64,000 nt of DNA from an uncultured Acidobacteriota bacterium (lineage in GTDB: Bacteria; Acidobacteriota; Thermoanaerobaculia; Multivoradales; JAHEKO01): contig CAVQNG010000025.1 in assembly GCA_963713825.1 (NCBI GenBank), forward strand, positions 64,001-128,000. The letters are read 5' to 3'. Position 1 is the stretch's first letter, and each line of letters opens with the position of its first letter. Shown here in pieces: positions 10,222 to 20,925 of the stretch. A model generated the notes under the pieces. It saw nothing but the letters and a program-made list of their open reading frames with translations. It did no database searches and had not been told where the DNA came from. A program made the position numbers and the translations under genes.

Positions 10222-11199
10222 TCAACCTTCATCGGGCAGCGCCGGCAGCGTTGCCTCTTCCTCAGTCGCATCGGATGCGAGGGATTTAATGTAGCCAATA
10301 AGCTGAATGACTTCATCTTCGGTTATCTGACCCTGGTAGGTCGGCATCAGCGGCTTGTAGCCCTTCACCAACTTGGCGGCCGGGTTCATAATCGATTCGC
10401 GGATGTAGTTTTCGTCCACAACCTGGACGCTGCCGTCCGCCAGCTCTACCGGTTCGCCGAAGGCTCCGTGCAGAATGGGAGCCAGGGTTGCCGAGTCCGA
10501 CCGGTGGCACGTGTTGCACGCCTTGACTTGGAAAAGCTCTTCCCCCGAGGCGACGACCGACGGCCCGGACTCGCGTCCCGCCAGCCACAGCTCGTAATCG
10601 GCGGGCTCCATGATGATGATGCTGCCTCGCATCATCGAATGCTCGGCACCACAGTACTCGGCGCAGAAAATGTGGAAAGTCCCGGTCTTGTTCGCTTCGA
10701 ACCAGACCGTGGTGTAGCGGCCGGGCAACACGTCGGCCTTGACACGGAATGCCGGCACGAAGAAGGAGTGAATGACATCTTCTGAAGTCATCGTCAATCG
10801 GATCGGCTGACCGAGAGGCACATGAAAGTCGTTGATCTCGCGATTGCCCTGGGGATGCTGGAACTTCCACATCCATTGCTTGGCCGTGACGAAGTACTCC
10901 ACCGCGTTGCCGGGAGGACGGAAAGCCTCGACGAAGACCTTGGCTCCCCATGCGAACATACCCAGCAAGATGATCAGTGGAATCACCGACCAGGTGACCT
11001 CCATCCACAGGCCCGCTTTCTCGGGTCTGCCGATCTCCTCGGGGCTTCGCCTCCGAAATCGGATGGCGAAGTAGATCACCAACCCTGCTACGAGAAGTCC
11101 GAAAAACGTAGAAATCCCCAGGAAGGTAAAGTAGAGTGCGTCCACTTTGCTCGCCAGGGTCGAGGCTTGTTCGGGGAATAGCGGGAAGTTCTTCCACAT
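10222..11199 (-). CDS. ctaC: Cytochrome c oxidase subunit II with fused cytochrome c (caa3)
   Basis: [18 protein letters not shown] CuA site, C-terminal CNTCH...MP. Confidence 0.95.
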   Translation of the reverse strand: MWKNFPLFPEQASTLASKVDALYFTFLGISTFFGLLVAGLVIYFAIRFRRRSPEEIGRPEKAGLWMEVTWSVIPLIILLGMFAWGAKVFVEAFRPPGNAVEYFVTAKQWMWKFQHPQGNREINDFHVPLGQPIRLTMTSEDVIHSFFVPAFRVKADVLPGRYTTVWFEANKTGTFHIFCAEYCGAEHSMMRGSIIIMEPADYELWLAGRESGPSVVASGEELFQVKACNTCHRSDSATLAPILHGAFGEPVELADGSVQVVDENYIRESIMNPAAKLVKGYKPLMPTYQGQITEDEVIQLIGYIKSLASDATEEEATLPALPDEG

Positions 11200-11204
11200 C
11201 GTCT

Positions 11205-12026
11205 CTATGCCTTCGCTGTTTGCAGATGTCGTCGCTCTCGGCGCCACTGCCGGAAAAGCAGGAGGCCGAGGAGCACGATCGTGACAGCGGCTGCCAGGCG
11301 CAGGATGTTCATCGCCACGGCACTGTACTTTCCGGTCGTGGGATCATAGTGAAAACAGTAGAGAAGAACCTGATCCACCATCGATCCGATCTGGCTGTCC
11401 GCCGCTTCGATGAGTCCGAGGCGGATGTCGCGGGGTGCGTATTCCACGCCGTAGTAGTAGCGTGCGACCCGTCCTTCCGGGGTCAGGGCCACAATGCCTG
11501 CGGCGTGGGCGAACTGATCCTCTTCTGGTAGGTAAACGTATCGGAATCCTACGCTTCGGGTCAGCGCCTGGATCGCCGCTTCGTTACCCGTCAGAAAGTG
11601 CCAGCCAGTTTCGGAGTCTGGCCTGTTGTAACGCTCGAGGTATGTCTGCTTGGTCGATCGGGCCAACTCGGCGGTTTCACTTGGGTCGAAACTGACGACC
11701 AGGACTTCGAACTCGGTCCCAGGAGTGAACTTCAGCGCTCGCAGGCTCGTGATCATGCCGTTGAGCACCATCGAACAGAGCATCGGGCACTCGTAGTAGA
11801 CCAGGGCCAGCACAACCGGTCGTTGGCCGAAGTACTGGTCGAGGGCGACCGACTTTCCAGTCTCATCGGTGAACTCTAGATCCAGGGGAATCTGCTCTCC
11901 GAGGCGCTGATCGAATCCGACGTCGGCCAAGGGGCCTGGTAGGCCGTCTTGTGCATGGCTGCCGATTGCCGCACTCAAGAGGGCTGCAACCGCAACTGCG
12001 GCACTGAGAATGGGGCTACTGCGCAC
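11205..12026 (-). CDS. SCO1/SenC family copper chaperone
   Basis: CPMLC motif, WHFLTG, conserved His (FAHA), signal peptide and C-terminal TM. Confidence 0.9.
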   Translation of the reverse strand: MRSSPILSAAVAVAALLSAAIGSHAQDGLPGPLADVGFDQRLGEQIPLDLEFTDETGKSVALDQYFGQRPVVLALVYYECPMLCSMVLNGMITSLRALKFTPGTEFEVLVVSFDPSETAELARSTKQTYLERYNRPDSETGWHFLTGNEAAIQALTRSVGFRYVYLPEEDQFAHAAGIVALTPEGRVARYYYGVEYAPRDIRLGLIEAADSQIGSMVDQVLLYCFHYDPTTGKYSAVAMNILRLAAAVTIVLLGLLLFRQWRRERRHLQTAKA

Positions 12027-12027
12027 C

Positions 12028-12462
12028 TCAGATTCCTGTCGAGTCTGCCTCGGTGGTTTCGGCGAGTGGCGTCGGAGTGGGTAGGCCTTGCTCGACCAGC
12101 ATCTCCATGGCGCGCTCGATCGGTACTCGCGTCAGGCCAATGGTCTGGTTTACCCAGCCGTAGGACGTCAGAATCTTCTCCTCATCGGCGCGGAGATCGA
12201 GCAGTTGCTGTCTCGGGTCCACTTGTAGATTGGGGGCCGGCGGCCGGTGTTCCATTCGCGCCTCCGGCAGGGCCGGTGGGGGTGGATCCGCAGCCACCAG
12301 CTTGTCCTTGATTCCGAAGCCGAGGAACCACATCGCGACCGCGGCGATCGCCAGGATCAGCAGCAGCCCCAACGTCGACCAGACGAGAAAGCGGATGTTC
12401 AGTTCGCCGTCGAGCGTCGGCTCTCCCTTCGAGCTCGGTTCGGGTTGCTGTGCTTCAGTCAT
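12028..12462 (-). CDS. Small single-pass membrane protein of the ACIII operon (ActG-like position)
   Basis: One TM, Pro-rich linker, YGWV...RVPIERAM; translationally coupled to actF. Confidence 0.65.
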   Translation of the reverse strand: MTEAQQPEPSSKGEPTLDGELNIRFLVWSTLGLLLILAIAAVAMWFLGFGIKDKLVAADPPPPALPEARMEHRPPAPNLQVDPRQQLLDLRADEEKILTSYGWVNQTIGLTRVPIERAMEMLVEQGLPTPTPLAETTEADSTGI

Positions 12463-13648
12463 CGGCCAGCGCCTCCTCGAGGTAGGGGTCGTTGATCGGC
12501 AGGATGGGGCGCCGTCTCAGCTCACCGATGAAGACGGCGAACCAGACACCACCGATACCCAGAACCGTCGCCAAGTCGAGCCAGTGAAAGGACAGACCCT
12601 CGTGTCCAAAGGAGGGCGCTGCCATCCAGTAGAGGTCGACGAAACGCATGACCAGCACCAGCACCGCGACCCTCGCCAGCCGCTTGGCATCACGCTTCAG
12701 ATCTCGCGAGAGCAGGAGAACGAACGGCAGTAGGAAATGGAAGAGAGCCAGCAGGATTGAAATGTACTTCCAGACTCCGTGGCTCCTCTCCAGATACCAG
12801 CCCACCTCTTCCGGCAGGTTCGCTGACCAGATGATGAGCAGTTGAGAGAGCGCGATGTAGGCCCAGAGCATGACGAAAGCCAACATCAACTTGCCGTAGT
12901 CGTGGAAGTGGAGCGGTTTGAACGCAGTATTCAAGGGCTCGCGCTGCGACAGGTAGACCGCCATCACGATGAGAAATGCGAGCGCCGACAAGCCCTGGCC
13001 GACAATGAAATAGACACCGAAAATGCTCGAGTACCAGTGCGGGTCCAGCGACATGAGCCAGTCGACGGAAGCGAAGGTGGCGAGCACGCAGTAGATGGCC
13101 AGCCCTGGCGCCGCCACGATCTTCATTCGTTGGAACAGCCTCAGATCGCCGGTGCGGTCCTGCTGCAGAGAGAGCCAGCTCAAGGCAAAGGCGAACAAGG
13201 CCCAGATGGCGAGGTACCCGAAGCCGCGCAAGGTGAATCCGGTTGGGTTCAGGTAGGCAGCTTTCTGTTGAATCAACTCGTCTGTGGCGGCCTCGGGTCG
13301 AGCCCAAGGAAAGATGGCCTGCATTCCGAAGACGATCGGCAGGAACAGAATCGCCAGAGCGGGGAGCGTGCGGGTCGCGGCCTCGAGCGTCCGCCGCGCC
13401 ATCAATCCCCAGCCCCCCCGTGTCAGGTGGTGCAGCATCAGGATGGCTAGAGAGCCCAGTGCTATCCCCAGCCAGAAGAGCCAAGCAATCAAATAGGACT
13501 GGAAGAACTGGCTGGAGCTCACAGCCCATCCGCCAAGGCTGGCAGCAGCTCCGACGGCACCGAAGATCCACCCACGACGTTGCAGCCGTTCGAGGTCCTT
13601 CGGCGGCTCGAACGAGACAGCGGTCGAGTTGCTGTGGGAAGCGTTCAT
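12455..13648 (-). CDS. actF: Alternative complex III membrane subunit F
   Basis: About 10 TMs, DWLMSLDPHWYSSIFG, HDYGKL, IWSANLPEE; start at MNASHS. Confidence 0.9.
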   Translation of the reverse strand: MNASHSNSTAVSFEPPKDLERLQRRGWIFGAVGAAASLGGWAVSSSQFFQSYLIAWLFWLGIALGSLAILMLHHLTRGGWGLMARRTLEAATRTLPALAILFLPIVFGMQAIFPWARPEAATDELIQQKAAYLNPTGFTLRGFGYLAIWALFAFALSWLSLQQDRTGDLRLFQRMKIVAAPGLAIYCVLATFASVDWLMSLDPHWYSSIFGVYFIVGQGLSALAFLIVMAVYLSQREPLNTAFKPLHFHDYGKLMLAFVMLWAYIALSQLLIIWSANLPEEVGWYLERSHGVWKYISILLALFHFLLPFVLLLSRDLKRDAKRLARVAVLVLVMRFVDLYWMAAPSFGHEGLSFHWLDLATVLGIGGVWFAVFIGELRRRPILPINDPYLEEALADD

Positions 13649-14265
13649 TCCTCGTCGGCCCTCGAATGTGCGTCTGCGTCGCTGGCTGGTGAAACGTCCA
13701 ATTGTTGCTGCTCGTCGGCCGAGAGTCTGTCGACCGGAATGTTCTGACTGAGCTGCAAGGCGTTGATGTAAGCGGCGATAGCCCAACGGTCTCGTACCGG
13801 GACCTGCGACGCGTAGCTCGACATCTGACCAAAGCCGTTGGACATGACATCGAAGTAGTAGCCGACAGGACTCTCTCGGAGCCGTTGATCGTGGAAGGAG
13901 GTCGGCTGCTTGAAGCCACGCCGGACGATCATCCCCAGCCCGTCTCCGGTCTGGCCGTGGCAGGGAGAGCAGAAGGCGTCGAAGCGACCGCGGCCGCGGT
14001 CGAGCAGCTCGCGATCCAGCTCCATCGGTAGCTCGGTCAGGAACTCGTCGTTCATCGTGCGGCCGGTGTAGAAAGGAGTCTTCTCTGGCGGCATCTCGCG
14101 GGCGATTGTTCCCTCAACCAGCGGACGGGAGGCCATGCCGTTGTCGAAGAACGAGCTTTCTTCGAGTGGCTCGTATTTCGCTGAATCGTGCATATCCTGT
14201 CGGCAGGCTCCGCTCGTCAGAGCTACTGCCATCACGATCAGGGTCACAGTCCAATTAGCTCGCAA
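13645..14265 (-). CDS. actE: Alternative complex III monoheme cytochrome c lipoprotein E
   Basis: Lipobox SGAC-RQDM, single CSPCH, Met ligand (GQMS); TTG start at 14265 with AGGAGG RBS. Confidence 0.88.
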   Translation of the reverse strand: MRANWTVTLIVMAVALTSGACRQDMHDSAKYEPLEESSFFDNGMASRPLVEGTIAREMPPEKTPFYTGRTMNDEFLTELPMELDRELLDRGRGRFDAFCSPCHGQTGDGLGMIVRRGFKQPTSFHDQRLRESPVGYYFDVMSNGFGQMSSYASQVPVRDRWAIAAYINALQLSQNIPVDRLSADEQQQLDVSPASDADAHSRADEE

Positions 14266-14803
14266 CTTCCGATACCTCCTGAGGTGCGAGTCGATGCAGG
14301 AACTCTTCCGTTGCCTGGCGGTCGAACTGCGGATCCCAGCGGGCGATAGCCAGGAAGTACCGGTCTCGTGATGCCAGAGCAAAGCGTTCGACGTTGAACA
14401 CCGGGTGGTAGGGCATAGGCAGCCTGTTGAGGGCGAACATGCCAAGAACCGCAGCTCCGGCCGCGAACAGGATGGTGGTCTCGAAGGTGACAGGAATGAA
14501 GGCGATCCAACTGTTGAGCGGCCTGCCACCGACGTTCATCGGGTAGTTGATCACCGACACCCAGTACTGCATGAAGAAGCCGAAGAAGGCACCGCAGGTT
14601 CCAGCGATCAGTACGATGAGCGGTAGCCAGGACCGATGGTGCCCGAGCTCCTCCCAGACCTCCTCGATCGGATAGGGCGTGTAGGCCTCGAGGTGGGTAT
14701 ATCCAGCTCCTCGAGCTTCGCGGATCGCATGGAGCAGCTCTTTGGAGGAGCGGAACTCGGCCATCAAGGCGAAGGGCCTCTTGGTGGTGGGCGGTGTGCT
14801 CAC
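14255..14803 (-). CDS. actD: Alternative complex III subunit D (DUF3341)
   Basis: [21 protein letters not shown]; two TMs. Confidence 0.9.
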   Translation of the reverse strand: MSTPPTTKRPFALMAEFRSSKELLHAIREARGAGYTHLEAYTPYPIEEVWEELGHHRSWLPLIVLIAGTCGAFFGFFMQYWVSVINYPMNVGGRPLNSWIAFIPVTFETTILFAAGAAVLGMFALNRLPMPYHPVFNVERFALASRDRYFLAIARWDPQFDRQATEEFLHRLAPQEVSEVAS

Positions 14804-16200
14804 TCCGAAGCCTCCTCAGTCGTTTCTGTGGCCTGCTTGGGCACAATAGTCCGCATCTCGAAGATCGAGATCATCGGTAGGAACCGAATGAATAGGAAGA
14901 GCAGTGCCAGGAACAGACCGATGGTGCCCACGAACGTCGCCCAGTCCCACGCCGTGCCCGAGTACATGCCCCAGGACGAGGGCAAGAAATCCCGGTGCAG
15001 ACTGGTGACGACGATGACGAAGCGCTCCAGCCACATGCCGACATTGACGAACATGGCGACCAGGAAGAGCAGCGCTGGAGAGGTGCGCACGCGGCGAAAC
15101 CACAGCAATTGTGGCGCCAGGACGTTGCAGAGCAGCAGGGCGAACCACTGCTTCTGGTACGGACCCTGAATGCGATTCAGGATCATGAACTGCTCGTACC
15201 AGTTGCCGCTGTACCAGGCCATGAAGATCTCGACCATGTATCCGTAGGCCACGATCATGCCCGTGGCCAGTAGGATCTTGCCCATATTCTGCAAGTGGCG
15301 CGTCGTGATGAAGTCCTTCAGTCCGAAGACCGCTCGCAAGGGCACGGCCAACGTAATGACCATGGCAAAGCCGGCGAAGATGGCTCCGGCTACAAAGTAG
15401 GGGGGAAAGATCGTGGCGTGCCAGCCGGGTAGCTGCCCGACCGCGAAGTCGAAGCTCACGACCGTGTGGACCGAGACCACCAGCGGCGTGGCCAGACCGG
15501 CCAGCAGCAGATAGGCCGTCTCGTAGTTGTGCCAGTGAGTCGCCGATCCCCGCCAACCCATGGAGAGAAAACCATAGGCGATCTTGGCGAACTGACCTTG
15601 GGCACGGTCTCGCAAGGTCGCCATGTCGGGAATCAGCCCCACATACCAGAAAAGCAAGGAGACCGTGGCGTAGGTCGAGACCGCGAAAACGTCCCAGACA
15701 AGTGGGCTGCGGAACTGTGGCCACAGATCCATGGTGTTGGGATACGGCAGCAGCCAATAGGCGAGCCAGGGACGACCAACGTGGATCAAAGGGAAGATTC
15801 CGGCGCAGGCCACCGCGAAGAGCGTCATGGCCTCGGCGAATCGGTTGATCGAGGTTCGCCACTCCTGTCGCACCAGCAGCAGAATGGCCGAGATGAGAGT
15901 GCCGGCGTGCCCAATGCCGATCCACCAGACGAAGTTGATGATCGCGAATCCCCAGCCGACGGGAATGTTCAGGCCCCAGATGCCCGTGCCTTCGAAGAGC
16001 AGCTTCGTCAGCGCTTGCAGGAGAACCAGAACCAGCAGGAAGGAGAAGCCGAATCCTACCCACCACCAGCGGGGCGTCTCATTCAGAACCACGGCCGTGA
16101 TCTGGTCGGTTACCGATCCCGGGGAATGACCCGGCGCCACGACAGGTGGCCCTGACGGCTTGGCCCCCGAGGCCTGAAATCCTTCAGACGCCTTCATCAC
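14800..16200 (-). CDS. actC: Alternative complex III NrfD/PsrC-type quinol-binding subunit C
   Basis: [38 protein letters not shown]. Confidence 0.95.
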   Translation of the reverse strand: MMKASEGFQASGAKPSGPPVVAPGHSPGSVTDQITAVVLNETPRWWWVGFGFSFLLVLVLLQALTKLLFEGTGIWGLNIPVGWGFAIINFVWWIGIGHAGTLISAILLLVRQEWRTSINRFAEAMTLFAVACAGIFPLIHVGRPWLAYWLLPYPNTMDLWPQFRSPLVWDVFAVSTYATVSLLFWYVGLIPDMATLRDRAQGQFAKIAYGFLSMGWRGSATHWHNYETAYLLLAGLATPLVVSVHTVVSFDFAVGQLPGWHATIFPPYFVAGAIFAGFAMVITLAVPLRAVFGLKDFITTRHLQNMGKILLATGMIVAYGYMVEIFMAWYSGNWYEQFMILNRIQGPYQKQWFALLLCNVLAPQLLWFRRVRTSPALLFLVAMFVNVGMWLERFVIVVTSLHRDFLPSSWGMYSGTAWDWATFVGTIGLFLALLFLFIRFLPMISIFEMRTIVPKQATETTEEASE

Positions 16201-19200
16201 GTGCCTTCTCCAGGTCGTGGTTCGGATTGCGCAGCTTGGCGAGATAGCTGGTGCGGGGTACCGTTCCCAGCTCGGCGAGAATGCCGTAGTTCAGTGGGCT
16301 GGCCTTCAGCTTGGTGACTTGGGCCTCGGGATCGTTGATGTTCCCGAAGACGATGGCTTCAGCGGGGCAAACCTGCTGGCAGGCGGTCTTGACTTCGCCG
16401 TCGCGGATCTCGCGGTCTTGCTTTTTGGCCTCGATACGACCCTGGTTGATGCGCTGCACGCAGTAGGTGCACTTTTCCATGACGCCGCGGGTCCGCACCG
16501 TGACATCCGGGTTCCGCGACATCTTGAGAACCGGCGTTTCGGTGTCGTTGTATTTGAAGAAATTGAAGCGCCTCACCTTGTAGGGACAGTTGTTGGAGCA
16601 GTACCGCGTGCCGACGCAGCGGTTGTAGACCATGTCGTTGAGGCCTTCGTCGCTGTGCACAGTGGCTTGAACAGGGCAGACGACCTCGCATGGGGCCTTC
16701 TCGCAGTGCATGCACATCACCGGCTGATGGTGGATGTGAGGCTCGTCCAGATCGCCCTCGAAGTACCGATCGATGCGCATCCAGTGCATCTCGCGGCCCA
16801 TGGCCACCATCTCCTTGCCAACGATCGGAATGTTGTTCTCCGCCTGACAGGCGAGCACGCAGGCATTGCAGCCGGTGCAGGCGTTCAAGTCGACGGACAT
16901 GCCCCAAGCGTTGCCGTTGTACTCGAACGGTGGAAACAGGCTCAGGTCCGGAGATGGACTGTGGCCCATATGCTGTGCGAAATCGGGTTCGTGCTCGAAC
17001 AGCTCGAGGGTTCCGACCCGCACCAGGTGGCGCTTCTCTGACTCCCGAGATTCGAGCTCGATATTGCTGTGGAGCTGGGTGCTAGCCAACGGATGGGACC
17101 GATCCGTCTTCTGAATGCGGACCTCGGTTGCCAGCCAGGGAGAGTGACTGTCACGCAGCTGGTACGCGTTGAAACCGGTTCCGGTGCCGACCCTTCCGAC
17201 GCGAGATCGGCCATAGCCCAGATGAAGCGTCAAGCAGCCATCCGGATGCCCTGGCAGAACCCACACCGGAACTTCGAGAGATTGCTCTCCCACGACCAGT
17301 TCGATCAACTGCTCGTTCGCCAGGCCTTCTCGTTGGGCGAGAGCCGGGCCGACCAGAGCGGCGTTGTCCCACGTCAGCTTGGTGATTGGTTTCGGGCACT
17401 CTTGAAGCCAACCGTTGTTGTTGAATGTGCCGTCGTAGGTCGTCGGGTCGGGTCTGAAGATGAGCTCGAGATCCGAGGCCGAAGTACTACTCTGTCCGAG
17501 GTTTTGGCATGCTTTCGCAACAGCATTCTGTGGGACCGTCGCTGAGACCGCTCTGGCTTCCTGGTTTGCTACGAAGCCGTCGTGCAGCCATTTCCTCCAG
17601 GTAGCAGCAAAAGACTCAGTGCCGACCTTCTCTCGCCAGTGGTCCGTCAGAAGATCCAGCCCAGGGCTCTCTCCATCGGCGGTCATCAGGCTCAAGACTT
17701 CGCTGGCGCTCTTGCCGCCGTAGAGGGGTTCGATGAGGGGCTGCGTCAAGCAGATGCTGCCATCGAAGGATCGGCAGTCTCCCCAACTCTCGAGGTAGTG
17801 AGCCTCCGGAATGTGCCAGTGGCAGTATTCGGCTGTTTCGTCCTCGTAGAGGCCCAGATGGACCCGATACCCGACTTCGGTCATGGCCGCCTTGAAGTCG
17901 ATGTCGGCGGGCGTCTCGTAGATTGGGTTGCAGCCGAGAATGAGAAGGAGGTCGACGTCGCCTGCCGCCATGTCCTGCGCCAGTTGGCGCATGGACTGGG
18001 ACTCGTCTTCCGGTCGCTCTTCGATCGGCTCGGCGAGGACTACAGTGCTGCCGAGATTGCCCAGCCATTCGTTCATGGCGTGAGCCAGGGTATGTACCTC
18101 GCTGGAGGCGTAGTCTCCCGGTACGATGGCGCACCGTCCCCGATTGGCCTTCAAATCCTCGGCGACTGCGGCAATCCAGGCCCTTCGATCGGCATCGGTG
18201 GAATCACTGTTGTCCGTGGCGCCTGGGACTCCCAATTTGGCAGCCAGGGTAGCGGCGATGGGTCCGATCTCACTGGCCCGCGTCGGCAGTCGATGGTCAG
18301 CGAGTGTACCGGTGTTCGTCGGGGAGCTCTCGACCATATAAAGGCGGTTCATCGTGCCGTCCTGTACACGACGGCGCCCGGCGAAATCGCGGCAATACCG
18401 GAGGGAGCCCGGACCGCTTGTGAGGAAGTCCGAATCCAGGCTGAGAATCACATCGGCTCGCGAGAAGTCGTAGCGCACCGACAAGGGCTGACCGAAGGCC
18501 GCCTCGGTCCCGAAGCGTTCGGCATCCCGGCTCACAGGAGTGTATTGATGCCATTGGGTCCCCGGGTAGGCCTCTTTGACCCTGGCAATGACCGACGTCA
18601 GTGATGGAGAAGTAAGGGTTCGAGTGAGAATTCGGATGCGTGCTTCGCCTAGAGCTCCAAGCGCCTGGAGCGTGTTCCGAAACTCCTCGGCAAAAATCGG
18701 CCAGGTGCTGATGCGGGTGTTGTGCCTCAAGACCTGTGAGCGCTCGGGATCGTAGAGACCCAGAATCGAGGCCTGCGCGTAGAGATCGCTCGCGCCGCGG
18801 CTGGCCGGATGCTCGGGGTTGCCTTCGACCTTGGTCGGCCGCCCCATGTGGCTCTCGACCAGCAAAGGCCGGGCAAATCCATCCAGCGGCATAGCGGATG
18901 CGAAGTACAGCGGCTTGCCGGGGATCAGGCTCTCGGGCTGCTCGACGTAGGGGACGATTCTCTCCAAGGGCTGCCGGGTACAGGCGGTCAGTCCACCCAG
19001 CGCGAGGGAGGCACCCATCAGGTGCAGAAAGCCCCGACGGCTGACCCCCTGGGGCAGCTCGGCAGCCTGCCGCGGGAACTCTCTGTGCAGCAGCTCTTCG
19101 AACTCTGGCGTTTGAGCCAACTCGTCCAGGCTGCGCCAGAACTCCGGTCCGCTAGCGCTCTCCAGCCGACTCCGCACGTCTTCCAGTTCGAGTGTCTGGC

Positions 19201-19276
19201 GGGGCGGATCGGTGCCAGGAGCTGCGGTTGAAGGCTGAGGCACGTCAGCTTCTCTACGCTGTGCTTTCTCTTGCAT
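16184..19276 (-). CDS. actB: Alternative complex III subunit B (molybdopterin oxidoreductase-like domain plus Fe-S domain)
   Basis: Extended Tat leader (WRSLDEL...REFP...SRRGFL) with lipobox LTAC; [13 protein letters not shown]; Cys clusters [17 protein letters not shown]...[16 protein letters not shown]. Confidence 0.95.
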   Translation of the reverse strand: MQEKAQRREADVPQPSTAAPGTDPPRQTLELEDVRSRLESASGPEFWRSLDELAQTPEFEELLHREFPRQAAELPQGVSRRGFLHLMGASLALGGLTACTRQPLERIVPYVEQPESLIPGKPLYFASAMPLDGFARPLLVESHMGRPTKVEGNPEHPASRGASDLYAQASILGLYDPERSQVLRHNTRISTWPIFAEEFRNTLQALGALGEARIRILTRTLTSPSLTSVIARVKEAYPGTQWHQYTPVSRDAERFGTEAAFGQPLSVRYDFSRADVILSLDSDFLTSGPGSLRYCRDFAGRRRVQDGTMNRLYMVESSPTNTGTLADHRLPTRASEIGPIAATLAAKLGVPGATDNSDSTDADRRAWIAAVAEDLKANRGRCAIVPGDYASSEVHTLAHAMNEWLGNLGSTVVLAEPIEERPEDESQSMRQLAQDMAAGDVDLLLILGCNPIYETPADIDFKAAMTEVGYRVHLGLYEDETAEYCHWHIPEAHYLESWGDCRSFDGSICLTQPLIEPLYGGKSASEVLSLMTADGESPGLDLLTDHWREKVGTESFAATWRKWLHDGFVANQEARAVSATVPQNAVAKACQNLGQSSTSASDLELIFRPDPTTYDGTFNNNGWLQECPKPITKLTWDNAALVGPALAQREGLANEQLIELVVGEQSLEVPVWVLPGHPDGCLTLHLGYGRSRVGRVGTGTGFNAYQLRDSHSPWLATEVRIQKTDRSHPLASTQLHSNIELESRESEKRHLVRVGTLELFEHEPDFAQHMGHSPSPDLSLFPPFEYNGNAWGMSVDLNACTGCNACVLACQAENNIPIVGKEMVAMGREMHWMRIDRYFEGDLDEPHIHHQPVMCMHCEKAPCEVVCPVQATVHSDEGLNDMVYNRCVGTRYCSNNCPYKVRRFNFFKYNDTETPVLKMSRNPDVTVRTRGVMEKCTYCVQRINQGRIEAKKQDREIRDGEVKTACQQVCPAEAIVFGNINDPEAQVTKLKASPLNYGILAELGTVPRTSYLAKLRNPNHDLEKARDEGV

Positions 19277-19302
19277 TCTCTATGGTGCCTTCGACTGTAA
19301 GG

Positions 19303-19950
19303 CTATCGGTGACAGACAGAGCAGCTCAAGAGGCTCTGAATGTTGTATTCCTCGACGAGCTGGGCCCCGAGGACCGATTGATTGTCGGCTACCCATTCCA
19401 TGTTGAGGATCTCACTTCTCGGTCGGACAAAATCCTGTGGCGCCCGATGGCAGTCCAGGCACCATTCCATCTGCAGCGAGACGGCTTGCCTCAACAGCGG
19501 CATCTTGTCGACCCGGCCATGGCATGTCACACAGCCCATTCCTTTGGTGACATGGATGCTGTGATTGAAATAGACGAAGTCCGGAAGATCGTTGACCCGG
19601 GCCCATTGGATCGGCTCACCACTGCGAAAACTCTCACGCACCGGCTCGAGCATGGGACTGTCATTCCAGATCAGCTTGTGACAGTTCATGCAGGTGGCCG
19701 TTGGCGGCACGCCCGCAAAGGCCGATTCCTCGACGGAGGTGTGGCAGTACAGGCAACTGATTCCCATCGCTTCGGTGTGATGATCGTGGCTGAAAGGCAC
19801 CGGTTGCGCTCGGGTGATGGTCTGTCTCGTGGCATAGGCTGATCGATTGAGGCTCACCAGGATCCAAACCGACAGAAGCAGAAAGAAGATCGCGCCAAAG
19901 AGAGTCACTTTGGCCAGCGTGTTTGTGCTGGGCTTGAAAATCTGCGACAT
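19303..19950 (-). CDS. actA: Alternative complex III pentaheme cytochrome c subunit A
   Basis: N-terminal TM and five CxxCH (CLYCH, CMNCH, CVTCH, CLDCH, CSVCH); QPVPFSH. Confidence 0.95.
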   Translation of the reverse strand: MSQIFKPSTNTLAKVTLFGAIFFLLLSVWILVSLNRSAYATRQTITRAQPVPFSHDHHTEAMGISCLYCHTSVEESAFAGVPPTATCMNCHKLIWNDSPMLEPVRESFRSGEPIQWARVNDLPDFVYFNHSIHVTKGMGCVTCHGRVDKMPLLRQAVSLQMEWCLDCHRAPQDFVRPRSEILNMEWVADNQSVLGAQLVEEYNIQSLLSCSVCHR

Positions 19951-20046
19951 GCGGGTTCCTCACCAGCTTTCGAGGTTTCCTGCGCTGACCTCACCGAGTG
20001 CGATCATCAGTGAACCGCCCGAAAACGGCCCCCAAGAGATCCTGAA

Positions 20047-20074
20047 AGGATACCCAAGTAGACACCCGTGTCAA
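20047..20074 (-). promoter_or_regulatory. Sigma70-type promoter for the act-cta operon
   Basis: Minus strand TTGACA-16 nt-TATCCT, about 100 nt upstream of actA. Confidence 0.55.
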
Positions 20075-20150
20075 GATCGGGTGGCAGCCAGTCTGAGGAG
20101 CTGCAGGTCTGGGATATGGGGAGTGCGGTCGCTAGGACCGACGCCGGTTT

Positions 20151-20687
20151 CTAGTCCGCTCGGGTCCCGGCGGGGTATTGGACAAAGTAGCCATCCGCCC
20201 AGACGATGTCCTCTTCGTAGGAAGTCGTCACGAAAGGCCCCATGGTGTAGGGGTTGGTCTCGGGGCCCTCCTGGCCGTCGCGGCCCAGGCTGCGGATGCC
20301 GATAACCTGGGCAGAGAGGGTGTCACCCGACCAGGCGTACTCGAGATCGAACCCCCAACCATCGGAGTTTGGCACTTCTCGCGTATAGAACATCGTGCTG
20401 CTGACGTAGAGAGTCGACATGAGCTCGTCGGCAGTGACGATCTGCGATAGCTCAGTGAAGTCGTAGGTCTGTGTCGAGCCGGCGGCCGCGGCCGAAACCT
20501 GGTCCGTGAGCCACGAGAACCATGCCGCCCCGGCATCTCGCATGTCGGCTACGGTCCGCTTCTGCTTCGACTTTTGCAGGGCATCCAAGAGGTTGGGAAT
20601 GAGGATCGCCGCGATGATCCCAATGATGGCGACGACGATTAGAAGCTCGATCAGTGTGAAGCCTCGTGAAGAGTGTCGGTAGCGCAT
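20151..20687 (-). CDS. Type IV pilin / GspG-like prepilin
   Basis: RG|FTLIELLIVVAIIGIIAAILIP prepilin cleavage/methylation motif; DGWG and SLGRDG GspG-like motifs. Confidence 0.9.
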   Translation of the reverse strand: MRYRHSSRGFTLIELLIVVAIIGIIAAILIPNLLDALQKSKQKRTVADMRDAGAAWFSWLTDQVSAAAAGSTQTYDFTELSQIVTADELMSTLYVSSTMFYTREVPNSDGWGFDLEYAWSGDTLSAQVIGIRSLGRDGQEGPETNPYTMGPFVTTSYEEDIVWADGYFVQYPAGTRAD

Positions 20688-20763
20688 AGCTGGTAGCCTC
20701 TAGCGTCAAGCTTCGGTTCGTGGACCCCAGGGGATTGCCGGGTTCTTCTCTTACCGGACTGGT

Positions 20764-20780
20764 TGCAGTCAGCGTGCCAA
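20764..20780 (-). promoter_or_regulatory. Sigma54 (-24/-12) promoter of the pilin gene
   Basis: Minus strand TTGGCACG-CTGA-CTGCA matches TGGCACG-N4-TTGCW with correct GG/GC spacing (one mismatch), about 77 nt upstream of the ATG. Confidence 0.65.
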
Positions 20781-20830
20781 CTTCAGGCCCGGTCGAGCCA
20801 TGAGTTCCTTGCGATTTGTGCTCTCCGGGT

Positions 20831-20845
20831 TGACAATATTTGTCA
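20831..20845. promoter_or_regulatory. Palindromic operator/enhancer candidate
   Basis: TGACAA-tat-TTGTCA perfect dyad, about 50 nt upstream of the sigma54 site in the divergent intergenic region. Confidence 0.45.
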
Positions 20846-20925
20846 CTGAGATGCCGCTGGACGGCAAAGTGGTCACAGGAACCGAGCCTTCGTCAATCGA
20901 GAAGATCGCGGTAAGCTGCCAGAAC

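Noticed and set aside
8852-10294. Long antisense or alternate-frame ORFs (e.g. 8852-10294, 686-1912, 14816-16066, 27236-28372, 50397-51500, 60689 extension)
   Set aside because: They overlap well-supported genes, carry no motifs, and are expected shadows of GC-rich codon usage
16184-19276. ActB as an active molybdoenzyme
   Set aside because: The operon context is canonical ACIII, whose B subunit is known to lack a Mo cofactor; nothing in the sequence argues otherwise
20151-20687. Pilin as a conductive e-pilin serving the neighbouring cytochromes
   Set aside because: Although aromatic-rich overall, mature positions 24 and 27 are Leu and Ala and there is a gap of more than 40 residues without aromatics after Phe1; it is full-length and GspG-like
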